Source of the DNA: Eledone cirrhosa
Lineage: Eukaryota
Assembly: GCA_964016885.1 (NCBI GenBank)
Contig: OZ024740.1
Location: 386,198,001 to 386,262,000, forward strand
Length of the DNA: 64,000 nt
Direction: 5' to 3'
The notes below the pieces were generated by a model. It searched no databases and had not been told where the DNA came from. It saw only the letters and a list, made by a program, of their open reading frames with translations. The position numbers and the translations under genes were made by a program. Of this stretch, positions 41,322-55,447 are shown piece after piece (position 1 is the stretch's first letter; every line of letters begins with the position of its first letter).

Positions 41322-42097
41322 ATATGAGAGACGTAAAATAAGAAAATTATAAAATTAACTTACTAAAATTTCACTCCCAACTAATTAGTTTCTGAAATGG
41401 AATAAATATACTTCCGAAGAAGATATAGAGAATCATTTCGTCGTCAGGGAAGTCTATTCTCAGCTAAGTTTCCAGGCAAAGCGTGGACTCTGGAGACTTA
41501 TACAAAAATAATTCAGTGGATAGAAAATAGCAAAGCGTGGACTGAATTCCTAGCCATTGCGAAAATCACTCCCTACTGCGTCGGTGGCAAATTCAAAAAG
41601 AATCAATCACGTGACATCGAGGTTATTCAGTGGAAAGTGGTTTGTTAAGAAGACTAGCGGCCTGCCTGCTACCATAGCAGCAGTCTTGGCCAATATTGCT
41701 CGAAAGATAATTTGGAGATAATTATAAAGAATTAATATATCTAGTAACATATATATACATACAGATGCATATCAATGCTAGCAAATATATAGGTTTTGTC
41801 TTAGTAACTTTGTGGTTCAATGCATGGGGTTGCAGAACAAAAATATGAGAGACGTAAAATGATTCTCTATATCTTCTTCGGAAAGTATATTTATTCCATT
41901 TCAGAAACTAATTAGTTGGGAGTGAAATTTTAGTAAGTAAGTTAATTTTATAATTTTCTTGTTTTACGTCTCTCATATTATTGTTCTGCAACCCCATGCA
42001 TTGAACCACAAAGTTACTAAGACAAACCTATATATTTGCTAGCATTGATATGCATCTGTATGTATATATATATGTTACTAGATATATTAATTCTTTA
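41322..42097 (-). mobile_element. 521-bp terminally redundant hammerhead element (family E) plus an inverted junction-spanning partial copy
   Basis: ATATGAGAGACGTAAAAT at 41322 and 41843. 41857-42097 is the reverse complement of the monomer end (41722-41860) running on into the monomer start (to ~41437). Confidence 0.8.
41373..41453 (-). ncRNA. Type I hammerhead ribozyme motif (family E), copy 1
   Basis: Minus strand: ACTTCC-CTGACGA-cGAAATG...CATTTCa-GAAA-CTAATTAG-TT-GGGAGT. Stem I ACTTCC/GGGAGT, stem II GAAATG/CATTTC, palindromic stem III AACTAATTAGTT. Confidence 0.75.
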
Positions 42098-42453
42098 TAT
42101 AAATATATATAAATATATATATAAATATATAAATAAATAAATATATATATAAATATATAAATAAATATATATATATAAATAAATATATAAATAAATATAT
42201 ATATAAATAAATATATATATAAATATATATATAAATAAATATATATATAAATATATATATATAAATAAATATATAAATAAATATATATATAAATAAATAT
42301 ATATATATAAATATATATAAATAAATATATATATAAATAAATATATATATAAATAAATATACTATATATATAAATAAATATATATATAAATAAATATATA
42401 TATAAATAAATATATATATAAATAAATATATATATAAATAAATATATATATAA

Positions 42454-42492
<39 letters not shown>

Positions 42493-43010
42493 TATATATA
42501 TAAATATATATATAAATATATATATATAAATATATATATAAATATATATATATAAATATATATATAAATATATATATATATATAAATAAGTATATATATA
42601 AATAAATATATATATAAATATATATATATATAAATAAATAAATATATAATAAATAAATATATATATAAATAAATATATATATATATATATATAAATATAT
42701 AAATAAATATATATATATATATAAATATATAAATAAATATATACATAAATATATACAAATAAATATATGATAGGGATTAACACTAATACAAGTATATAAG
42801 TGTTTGTATTGCAAATGACCAAGTTAGCTAGATTGTAAAAGACTGTTTGAGTTTATAACTATATATAGTATAAATATATATAAATATATAAATAAATGTA
42901 TAAATAAATATAAATATAAATATATATATAAATATATATAAATATATATATAAATATATATAAATATAAATATAAATATAAATATAAATATAAATATATA
43001 TATAAATATA

Positions 43011-43044
<34 letters not shown>

Positions 43045-43139
43045 AATATATATATATATAAATATATGCAAAAGTTTTATTTAAAATTGTTGGGTTACAA
43101 CGAATAAATATTTGTATAAATAAATATATAAATATATAT

Positions 43140-43226
43140 ATAGGAACGAGTAGGACCCCGACGGCTGAGCTCAAGCCGTTTTAAAACGGCTTGAGCACAG
43201 CCGTTTGGGGTCCTACTCATTCCTAT
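43140..43226. repeat. 87-bp palindrome, copy 2
   Basis: Identical to 39395-39481. Confidence 0.95.
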
Positions 43227-43317
43227 TACCCACTCTACTACCCGAAGTATTGAGTACTTTGGTGCGTTATGGTCCACCTGGTTCCTTAACACATTTCCTT
43301 CGTTAATATATATATAA

Positions 43318-43353
<36 letters not shown>

Positions 43354-43676
43354 CAATAAATAAATATATATATATATATATCAATAAATAAATATATATA
43401 TATTATATCAATAAATATATATATATATATATCAATAAATAAATATATATATATCAATAAATAAATATATATATATATATATATCAATAAATAAATATAT
43501 ATATATATCAATAAATAAATATATATATATATATATCAATAAATATATATATATATCAATAAATATATATATATATATATCAATAAATATATATATATAT
43601 ATATCAATAAATAAATATATATATATATATATATAAATATATATATATAAATAAATATATATATATATATAAATAA

Positions 43677-43707
<31 letters not shown>

Positions 43708-43985
43708 TATATATATATAAATAAATATATATATATATAAATAAATATATATATATATATAAATATATATATATATATTTATTTATATATATTTTTATAT
43801 ATATTTATTTATACAATAAGCTAACTGCTGCCAAAACATTCTCTCTTCACAATCTCTACTAGTCTGACAGTCTTAAACCCTAAGACTCCCTCCACCTTAC
43901 TCACTTCCCTCTTCCCCTTCTCTTCCTACCTCCTTCTTTATCTTTTATCTAGTGTATGAAATATTTTCATATCATTCTAATACAA

Positions 43986-44102
43986 AGGTCTGATGACATG
44001 GTGTGTTGGCTTACAGTGTACTTTCGGTTTTTGATAATATTTGTGTATTATTCAAATAGCGAGGTATAGGTAACTCATACACTATAGAAACAATTGTTAC
44101 CT
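43986..44102 (+). ncRNA. Type I hammerhead motif (family D), copy 2
   Basis: Identical to 40080-40196. Confidence 0.7.
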
Positions 44103-44214
44103 AATAAATTCTATATACCCGCATTTCCATTTCGTAAATTTTTTCTATATATATATATATAAATAATATATATATATATATATATAAATAATATATATAT
44201 ATGGTATATAAATA

Positions 44215-44246
<32 letters not shown>

Positions 44247-44344
44247 AATAAATAAATATATATATATAAATAAATAAATATATATATATAAATAAATAAA
44301 TATATAATATATATATATAAATAAATAAATATATATATATAAAT

Positions 44345-44375
<31 letters not shown>

Positions 44376-45404
44376 ATATATATAAATATATATATATATT
44401 ATATATATATATTTATTTAATAATATATATATATATTAATATATATATAAATAAATATATACATATATAAATAAATATATATATATATAAATAAATATAT
44501 ATATATATAAATAAATATATATATAAATAAATATATATATATATATATAAATAAATAAATATATATATATAAATAAATAAATAAATAAATATAAATAAAT
44601 ATATATATATATAAATAAATAAATATATATATATATAAATAAAAAAAATATATATATATAAATAAATATATATATAAATAAATAAATATATATATAAATA
44701 AATATATATATATATAAATAAATATATATATATATAAATAAATATATATATATATAAATAAATATATATATATATAAATAAATATATATATATATAAATA
44801 AATATATATATATATAAATAAATATATATATATATAAATAAATATATATATATATAAATAAATATATATATATATAAATAAATATATATATAAATAAATA
44901 AATATATATATAAATAAATAAATATATATATATATATAAATATATATATATATAAATAAAATAAATATATACATATATAAATAAATAAAAATATATATAT
45001 AAATAAATATATACATATATAAATAAATATATATATATAAATAAATATATATATATATAAATAAATATATATATAAATAAATATATATATATATAAATAA
45101 ATATATATATATATATAAATAAATATATATATATATATAAATAAATATATATAAATAAATAAATATATATATATAAATAAATATATATAAATAAATAAAT
45201 ATATATATAAATAAATAAATATATATATAAATAAATAAATATATATATATATATAAATAAATATATATATATAAATAAATATATATATATAAATAAATAT
45301 ATATATAAATAAATATATATATATAAATAAATATATATATAAATAAATAAATATATATATATATAAATAAATATATATATAAATAAATAAATATATATAT
45401 AAAT

Positions 45405-45471
<67 letters not shown>

Positions 45472-45576
45472 AATAAATAAATATATATAAATAAATATAT
45501 ATATATAAATAAATATATATATATAAATAAATATATATATATATAAATATAAATATATATATATATAAATATATAT

Positions 45577-45607
<31 letters not shown>

Positions 45608-45730
45608 AATATATATATATATAAATATATATATATATAAATATATATATATAAATATATATATATAAATATATATATATAAATATATATATATAAATAT
45701 ATATATATATAAATATATATATATATAAAT

Positions 45731-45833
<103 letters not shown>

Positions 45834-45886
45834 AATATATATATATATAAATATATATATATAAATATATATTTATAAATATATAT

Positions 45887-45917
<31 letters not shown>

Positions 45918-46018
45918 AATATATATATATAAGTATATATATATAAATATATATATATATATAAATATATATGAGAGACGTAAAATAAGAAAATTATAAA
46001 TTAACTTACTAAAATTTC

Positions 46019-46100
46019 ACTCCCAACTAATTAGTTTCTGAAATGGAATAAATATACTTTCCGAAGAAGATATAGAGAATCATTTCGTCGTCAGGGAAGT
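46019..46100 (-). ncRNA. Type I hammerhead motif (family E), copy 2
   Basis: Same as 41373-41453 with one extra base in loop II. Confidence 0.75.
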
Positions 46101-46768
46101 CTATTCTCAGCTAAGTTTCCAGGCAAAGCGTGGGACTCTGGAAAACTTATACAAAAATAATTCAGTGGATAGAAATAGCAAAGCGTGGACTGAATTCCTA
46201 GCCATTGCGAAAATCACTCCCTACTGCGTCGGTGGCAAATTCAAAAAGAATCATCACGTGACATCGAGGTTATTCAGTGGAAAGTGGTTTGTTAAGAAGA
46301 CTAGCGGCCTGCCTGCTACCATAGCAGCAGTCTTGGCCAATATTGCTCGAAAGATAATTTGGAGATAATTATAAAGAATTAATATATCTAGTAACATATA
46401 TATACATACAGATGCATATCAATGCTAGCAAATATATAGGTTTGTCTTAGTAACTTTGTGGTTCAATGCATGGGGTTGCAGAACAAAAATATGAGAGACG
46501 TAAAATGATTCTCTATATCTTCTTCGGAAAGTATATTTATTCCATTTCAGAAACTAATTAGTTGGGAGTGAAATTTTAGTAAGTAAGTTAATTTTATAAT
46601 TTTCTTGTTTTACGTCTCTCATATTATTGTTCTGCAACCCCATGCAACAAAGTTACTAAGACAAATCCTATATATTTGCTAGCATTGATATGCATCTGTA
46701 TGTATATATATATGTTACTAGATATATTAATTCTTTATATAAATATATATAAATATATATAAATATAT

Positions 46769-46838
<70 letters not shown>

Positions 46839-46875
46839 ATAAATATATAAATATATATATAAATATATATATATA

Positions 46876-46909
<34 letters not shown>

Positions 46910-46937
46910 AATATATATATATAAATATATATATATT

Positions 46938-46968
<31 letters not shown>

Positions 46969-47004
46969 ATTTTTATATATATATATTTTTATATATATAT
47001 ATAT

Positions 47005-47037
<33 letters not shown>

Positions 47038-47152
47038 ATTTATATATATATATTTATATATATATTTATATATATATATTTATATATATATATTTATATA
47101 TATATATTTATATATATATATATTTATATATATATATTTATATATATATATT

Positions 47153-47183
<31 letters not shown>

Positions 47184-47186
47184 ATT

Positions 47187-47217
<31 letters not shown>

Positions 47218-47236
47218 ATTTATATATATATATATT

Positions 47237-47307
<71 letters not shown>

Positions 47308-47664
47308 TTTTATATATATATATTTATATATTTTTATATATATATATTTATATATTTTTATATATATATATTTATATATTTTTATATATATATATTTATA
47401 TATTTTTATATATATATATTTATATATTTTTATATATATATATTTATATATTTTTATATATATATATTTATATATTTTTATATATATATATTTATATATT
47501 TTTATATATATATATTTATATATTTTTATATATATATATTTATATATTTTTATATATATATATATATATTTTTATATATATATATTTATATATTTTTATA
47601 TATATATATTTATATATTTTTATATATATATATATATATTTTTATATATATATATATTTATATT

Positions 47665-47745
<81 letters not shown>

Positions 47746-48002
47746 TTATATATATATTTATATATATATATTTATATATATATATATTTATATATATATA
47801 TATTTATATATATATATATATTATATATATTTATTATATATATATATTTATATATATATATTTATATATATATATATTTTATATATATATATATTTATAT
47901 ATATATATTTATATATATATATTTATATATATATATATATTTTATATATATATATATTTATATATATATATATTTATATATATATATTTATATATATATA
48001 TT

Positions 48003-48033
<31 letters not shown>

Positions 48034-48094
48034 ATTTATATATATATATTTATATATATATATTTATATATATATATATTTATATATATATATT

Positions 48095-48199
<105 letters not shown>

Positions 48200-48604
48200 T
48201 TTTATATATATATATTTATATATTTTTATATATATATATTTATATATTTTTATATATATATTTATATATTTTTATATATATATATTTATATATTTTTATA
48301 TATATATATTTATATATTTTTATATATATATATTTATATATTTTTATATATATATATTTATATATTTTTATATATATATATTTATATATTTTTATATATA
48401 TATATTTATATATTTTTATATATATATATTTATATATTTTTATATATATATATTTATATATTTTTATATATATATTATTTATATATTTTTATATATATAT
48501 ATTTATATATTTTTTATATATATATATTTATATATTTTTATATATATATATTTATATATTTTTATATATATATATTTATATATATATATATATTTATATA
48601 TTTT

Positions 48605-48635
<31 letters not shown>

Positions 48636-48651
48636 ATATATATATATTATA

Positions 48652-48764
<113 letters not shown>

Positions 48765-48781
48765 TTATATATATATATATT

Positions 48782-48814
<33 letters not shown>

Positions 48815-49137
48815 ATTTATATATATATATTTATATATATATATTTATATATATATATTTATATATATATATATTTATATATATATATTTATATATATAT
48901 ATATATTATATATATATATTTATATTATATATATTTATATATATATATTTATATATATATTATATATATATATATTTATTATATATATATATTTATATAT
49001 ATATATTTATATATATATATATTTATATATATATATTTATATATATATATATTTATATATATATATTATATATATATATTTATATATATATATATTTATA
49101 TATATATTTTATATATATATATTTATATATATATATT

Positions 49138-49168
<31 letters not shown>

Positions 49169-49226
49169 ATATATATATATTTAATATATATATATTTATA
49201 ATATATTTAATTTATATATATATATT

Positions 49227-49260
<34 letters not shown>

Positions 49261-49275
49261 TATATATATATATTA

Positions 49276-49306
<31 letters not shown>

Positions 49307-49308
49307 TT

Positions 49309-49340
<32 letters not shown>

Positions 49341-49348
49341 TATATATT

Positions 49349-49382
<34 letters not shown>

Positions 49383-49390
49383 TATATATT

Positions 49391-49425
<35 letters not shown>

Positions 49426-49442
49426 ATTTATATATATATATT

Positions 49443-49475
<33 letters not shown>

Positions 49476-49536
49476 ATATATTTATATATATTTATATTTA
49501 TATATATATATTTATATATATATATATATATTTATA

Positions 49537-49587
<51 letters not shown>

Positions 49588-49634
49588 ATTTATATATATA
49601 TATTTATATATATATATATTTATATATATATATT

Positions 49635-49667
<33 letters not shown>

Positions 49668-49770
49668 ATATATTTATATATATTTATATTTATATATATA
49701 TATTTATATATAATATATATATATTATATATATATATTTATATATATATATATTTATATATATATATATA

Positions 49771-51094
49771 TCATCATCATCATCATCATCAACGTTTAAC
49801 GTCCGTGTTCCACGCTTGCATGGGTTTGGACGGGGTAGTCCCACTTGAGGCAAGAGTGATTGTCTTGCTCGCATAGGACTGTCTGGCAGGTTTTCTACAG
49901 TTGGATGCCCTTCCTAACACCAACCACATTTACAGTGTGGGTCTGGGAGGTTTTTACCGTGTTGCCTACACGGCACATTACAGCGTGGACTGTGTGTTTT
50001 TTTGTCGTGACACCTACACGATCTCGTTTGTTTCGGCCCGGATGGCGCGGCCACCAACATAACTTTACATAGGACGGGGTGGTGTGGATGGGGTGGGGGT
50101 GGTGGTGGTGGGACGGGGTGTATTTTGTTAGAGATGCCTACTGGCAAGGCGGGTCTTCTCTGTTACTGAGTACCGCCAAAGGTCTCGGTCCAGTGACATT
50201 GTCTTGGAGAGGTGTAAGTGTGTGAGGTCGGAGTTTATCAGCTCGTCCCAGGTTTTTCTAGGTCTGCCTATTCCGTGGCTACCGTCTATCTTTATTGCCC
50301 TGCACTTTGTTATACAGCTATCGACTTTCATGCGCATCACGTGTCCATACCAACGTAGCCTTCTCTCGAGTAAACAACATCTGATCCCTCTTATCTCTAA
50401 TTTTTTCCTTAGTTCGTTTATGCTTTGCCGTTCACGTATATTACTGTTACACATCCAGCGGAGCATGCAAGCTTCGTTCCTCTCTAGTCTGCGTATATCC
50501 TCTGCACACAATGCCCAGGTCTCACTGCCATGCAACATTGCTGTTCGTATGCAGGCATCGTACAACCTGCCTTTCATTTTTAGGGAGAACCCTTTAGCAG
50601 CTAATAGTGGTATAAGCTCTCTGAACTTTTTCCAACCAGTTCTGACTCTAGCTACAGTACTTTCAGAGCACCCTCCCCCCACTGCTGATTTTATCGCCCA
50701 TAACGGAAGCTGTCCACTATTTCTATAGAACCCTCTGCGCAATTGAAAGAGCTAGTATTGTGTGGGCACTTGCTGCTACTTATTGCACCAGAACACCGGC
50801 CACATGTAAAATCTATGTTCTTAGTTAGCTTACCTGTGATCCCACTACATCTTTTATGCACCCATACTTTGCATTTAGGACACAAAATGGAGTTTCTACC
50901 TACGCCTTTCCTACACACCGAGCACGACCATTTCCCAGAAGGGACCGCCGCCTTGTTTTCTTTCCTACAAACTAGAACTTTGGTCTTAGCCAGGTTAATT
51001 TTAAGTCCTTTTGACTCTAGGCCGTGCTTCCATGTTTGGAATTTCTTCTCTAGCTCGGCCATTGATTCCGCTATGAGTGTCAGGTCGTCTGCGT
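49771..51094 (-). mobile_element. RTE-clade LINE 3' portion with (GAT)n tail, cut by an assembly gap
   Basis: ADDLTLIAES..GLKINLAKTK, KGRLYDACIRTAMLHGSETW, RRLRWYGHVMR, GRPRKTW; (CAT)n at 49771-49790. Confidence 0.95.
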
Positions 51095-51294
51095 NNNNNN
51101 NNNNNNNNNNNNNNNNNNNNNNNNNNNNNNNNNNNNNNNNNNNNNNNNNNNNNNNNNNNNNNNNNNNNNNNNNNNNNNNNNNNNNNNNNNNNNNNNNNNN
51201 NNNNNNNNNNNNNNNNNNNNNNNNNNNNNNNNNNNNNNNNNNNNNNNNNNNNNNNNNNNNNNNNNNNNNNNNNNNNNNNNNNNNNNNNNNNNNN
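51095..51294. other. Assembly gap (200 N)
   Basis: Run of N. Confidence 1.
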
Positions 51295-51919
51295 TATTCA
51301 ACCCATGCCAGCATAGAAGGTGGACATAAAATGAAGAAATGTGTCAAACAACAAATACATAGGCTAACCCAAGATATAGAAAACGTACATGTGGAAAGTC
51401 TGCAGTTAACGAAAGATAATAAATCAGTCAAGAAAGATACATTTATTAAACAATCCATATTCAGCTATTGAAAATATAGACATCACTTTCATTTTGAAAT
51501 TGATACACCGATATAAACAAACTAAGCAGGCTATATATGAATAAAATTGCTCTATTCACACCAGCAGATAAATTTCTCAACCTCTCACAACATAGATTCA
51601 GCCTAGACTAAATTATGCTCTTCAACCTTGGTATCAAACTCCCACTTGTAGCCGAAATATGAGCAAAACAGAAAAAAAATTGAAATGAAGCTACTACATA
51701 TACACACAGAAGATGAGTTGCCGTTTTTACACCACCCCACCCAAAAATGGCATGAAAATTTGCAGGCAGTTTATTTACCAAACCTTCTTACAGGCTTGAA
51801 ATTTGCAGTACAAACTAACACTCACAAACGTAAATGATTGTGTATGCTGAGTTGTTGGTCATGCCCCTACGTAGTCTATATGAACATTAGCAGTGCGCAC
51901 ACACACACACACATGCACA

Positions 51920-52109
51920 CAGTGAAATTCTGTTATAGTAAAATTCACGAAGTATTAAAAACAATTTGTTGTAACGAAAAATTCTTTATAACGAGATCGA
52001 CCGAAACAAATTAAGTGTTTGTTTGTTATTAGCTCGGGGATTGAAAAAAATGTTGTTATAACGAATACTATTATAATGAATTTTTCAGTATAACAGAATT
52101 TTATACCTG
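51920..52109. mobile_element. Decayed MITE (pogo/Tigger-like terminal inverted repeats)
   Basis: CAGTGAAATTCTGTTATA ... TATAACAGAATTTTATACCTG, followed by TA. Internal TTATAACGA subrepeats. Confidence 0.65.
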
Positions 52110-52609
52110 TACATGTTATATTATTCATATCTCCCTAAACTTCTTGCCTGTATATATACAGATTTGTTGGCAGAAGCATTAAAGAAAATATGATTCTATT
52201 TCTGATAGAAAAAGTCAACAATAAAAACAACTAAACTATGAGCACTAAAGGCAAAAGATCAAGTTATGTAACTGGTTTTATGTTGCGTTTTATTGAATAT
52301 GCTGAAGAGCATGGAATCTGAGTTGAAAAAAAAGTTTTGTGAAAAAAATCAGTAAGAAAATGCCAAAAGCAAAATATGCTAAATGATATACTGTCTTATA
52401 TAAGAAATTGGAAAAGGATTTATATACTTGGCTATGTGAATTATGTGAATGAAATCGTCTCCCTCGTGGATATTAGAATAAAAACATTATAACCATGTGA
52501 GAAATGAACTAGCATTACATCAAAGCAGTACCTAAGATTAAGTATAGACTGTCACCAACAATTCTGTGAACAACCAAAACAATTGTATGGATGTTATAAA
52601 TGTATTTTA

Positions 52610-53090
52610 ACTTTCAACATCTATTTTCTATGCTTGCATGAGTTAGATGGGCTGTCATGTTCTGAGGCTTGACTGGACATATGACTGTCTTGCTCGTACA
52701 TTCCATGTTTAGCTTGGTTTCTACAGCTGGATGTCTTTCTTAATACCAACTACTTTACAAAATGTACTAGGAACATTTTATCATAACTCTGGCACTACTA
52801 TATTATAGTGCAAATTGGGCATTTTAAAATTAATTCACAAATGTTATTTCATTCTGTCAATGTTGGGGTCTGAATTGTAAACTTGTGAGTTCACTTCCTG
52901 GACAGAATGGTGTGTTGTGCCCTTAAGTAAGGCACTTTATTTCATGATGCCCCAGTCCACTCAGCTGTGATGACATTGGTGCCAAGATGTATCAACTTGG
53001 AAACATTAGTTAACATGGAGAGCAGAGACTGGTTGGTATGCATGGGTGAGTGTTGATCTTTCACAAAAAAACCTTTCCAGGTGCAAACCC
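52610..53090. mobile_element. Decayed RTE-tail SINE (52610-52800, minus) and a tRNA-SINE fragment (52860-53090, plus)
   Basis: CTATGCTTGCATGAGTTAGATGG...TTTCTACAGCTGGATGTCTTTC matches the RTE 3' end at 49800-49925. TGTGCCCTTAAGTAAGGCACTTTA..CCAGTCCACTCAGCTG is SINE-core-like. Confidence 0.55.
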
Positions 53091-53730
53091 ATGGCCAAAG
53101 AAGCTGCCTTTATATTTTTCTTTTCTTTCCTTTTTTTATTTCATGAACTTATAGATCAACACTCTCCATGTGTGTAAAATACATACACACACACTACTCT
53201 ATTGACCAACAGTATGCTTCATGCCTATTTTAATGCTGCATATGTCATCAGTCAACCAGGAGAGATGATTTAAAGCACCAGTTGATATTTATTTTGGGTA
53301 TGGATGTATGGTTCCAGGACTTTGCTAGACTATACTGGCAGTGATTGGGATTATTTCAGCTAAATGCATTTATTACTTGAATGCAACCACAAGTGAAATT
53401 GCAAACAGTATTCATAGAAAGAAATGCATTATTTACAGACAGTCGAGGGTTGAAGCCAAAATATTATAAACACAAAGAGGGCATGACTTATCTATCACTG
53501 CAACATATACACAAGTATATACAATACTCTACCAAGTCATGGAAAATTTGAGATTAAATCATTATAAAGAAGACAATAAACTTCAAGACTTACTTCGAGA
53601 TGAATATAATGAAAATAGACACCTACACAACAATAAACAAATACTCAACAAGAAAGACAATCAAGTGGTACATAATTTCAGAAATAATGACAACATCAAA
53701 GTATGTAAGAGTAGCTTTAGTAGAAGACAT

Positions 53731-53808
53731 GTGCCCAAGGTGCTGCACAGTAAGATTGAACCCAGAAACAAGGTTGTGAACTGAAATTCTTTACACAGCC
53801 ATGTCTGC
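53731..53808 (-). mobile_element. tRNA-derived SINE head (second family), decayed
   Basis: Reverse complement GCAGACATGGCTGTGT...GGGTTCAATCTTACTGTGCAGCACCTTGGGCAC with A/B-box-like motifs. Confidence 0.6.
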
Positions 53809-54984
53809 TTATGGGCTTACTCACCTTTATCCTCAGCATCATAAAATTTTCCTGTCTGACTGCTCCATGGCAGTATGTATCAATGGTGCTCTCTCTTTGC
53901 AGCCACTATTCTGTCAATCAGTTGTAACTCATTTTCTTCTCATTCTTATTAAATTTGTGCCTGTTTTGGCATTTCTGAAGTACAATATTACTTATTCCTT
54001 TTCTCTTGTTTCTATGTTGTGTATTGTTTGTCACCATAATCAAAAAGTAAGATGAACATACATTGTGTTATATATATTGAAAGAAATACACTAACTTTGA
54101 ATGCAATTAAGATTTTAAAAATGGGGGGGGGGGGGTTATAGATGAAAAGGTTTAGCAAACTAAATAATTAGTAAGGATGAAAGAAAAGAAATAATGATGA
54201 TTCCTTATATTAGCCACAAGGGCCCAAGACATTGGGGACAATACAAGGATAAATACAACACAAAAAATGGGGGCCATATTGAAGAAAAGAAAGGGGGATA
54301 TCATTAAGTGAAAAAAGTAGGAATAACAACAGAAAAAAATGAAGAAAACAATAACAAATGTCAACAAGGACAAGTTCCTCAATAGTGATAGACTGCACTT
54401 TAGAGTCAAATAACACTAACAAGACATGTTAATACATTTACCTTAGGCACCAAGAAAACTGAGAACAAATCTCAAAGACATGCATTTTCTTACATTAATT
54501 TTATCTCTTTATATATATATATATATGAATATATCAACAAAACTTCATAAATAGCAGTATAACTTCACTGAAATCATACTCAACCATCATAAGAAAGGAA
54601 AGAATCATTGGATAATGTGGTTCTTGGTAAACTATACACCATCTTTCTCTCTATCTTACTCTTCAAGTGCAACTTGGAGGGCTAACTGGAAAGGAAGATT
54701 TCTGTCCTCAATCCCTTTAGGTGAATCCGAGTCTATTATATAGCTTCCTTTGCTATAGCTACCAGACAGAGGAAGAATTGTTGTGCCTCTCTTCTAAAAG
54801 AAAGTGGCAGTTCAATTTTCACTATAGACTCTGCTGGTAGCTGGATCTGTCCTACACATGATAGCAGTTGTTCAACCCAAGCCCACAACTCTACAGTACA
54901 CGAGCACTGGGTGGTGGCATGCAGGACAGTTTCATTGCCCTGTGTGCAAATCGGAGAGGTCTGGCTGTTGGGACTTCCATGCCT

Positions 54985-55447
54985 GTAACAGAGTATGACA
55001 AAGCAACCATACTTTGGGATATGGCAATACACACAAACAGGGGGATTAAAGCTAACCAGCCTGATATTATAATCAAAGACCACAAAGAAAAAAAAAAAAT
55101 GGCTTCTAATTCATGGATCTATCCCCGCAGATGACATTATACCCATCAAAGAAATGAAAAAATTATCCAAATATAAAAATCTGGAGATAGAAATATCCTG
55201 AATGTCGATGATGAAAACAGAAACAATCCCTTTAATAATAGGTGCTCAGAGAATGATAAAAAAAAATACACAGACAAATACATAACCAAAACACTAAGAC
55301 TTATAAATATATACAGCATACAGAAAATAGCACTACCAAGCACTGCACAAACACAAGGCACACAGAGCTGTGCTCAGTAATGCAATAACAATATACAATA
55401 AAAATAATTATAACAATAACAACAATGACGATAATAATAATAATAAT
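54985..55447 (+). mobile_element. 3' fragment of an R4/Dong-like non-LTR element (restriction-like endonuclease) with a (TAA)n-type tail
   Basis: ILWDMAIHTNRGIKANQPDIIIKD, then frameshifted KE.EK..KYKNLEIEI, IIGA, IQKIAL; AAT/AAC tail at 55400-55447. Confidence 0.8.

Noticed and set aside
41857-41925. Extra plus-strand hammerhead in the inverted piece of element E (also near 46505-46570)
   Set aside because: It keeps GAAA, stem III and the 3' strand of stem I, but the CTGACGA box is cut off at the inversion junction.
50691-51471. ORFs of 242-255 aa spanning the gap
   Set aside because: Artefacts of translating through 200 N. Only the RTE part is real.
53539-53784. 81-aa Asn/Lys-rich ORF as a host gene
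   Set aside because: No recognisable domain, A-rich composition, and its 3' end runs into an antisense SINE head.
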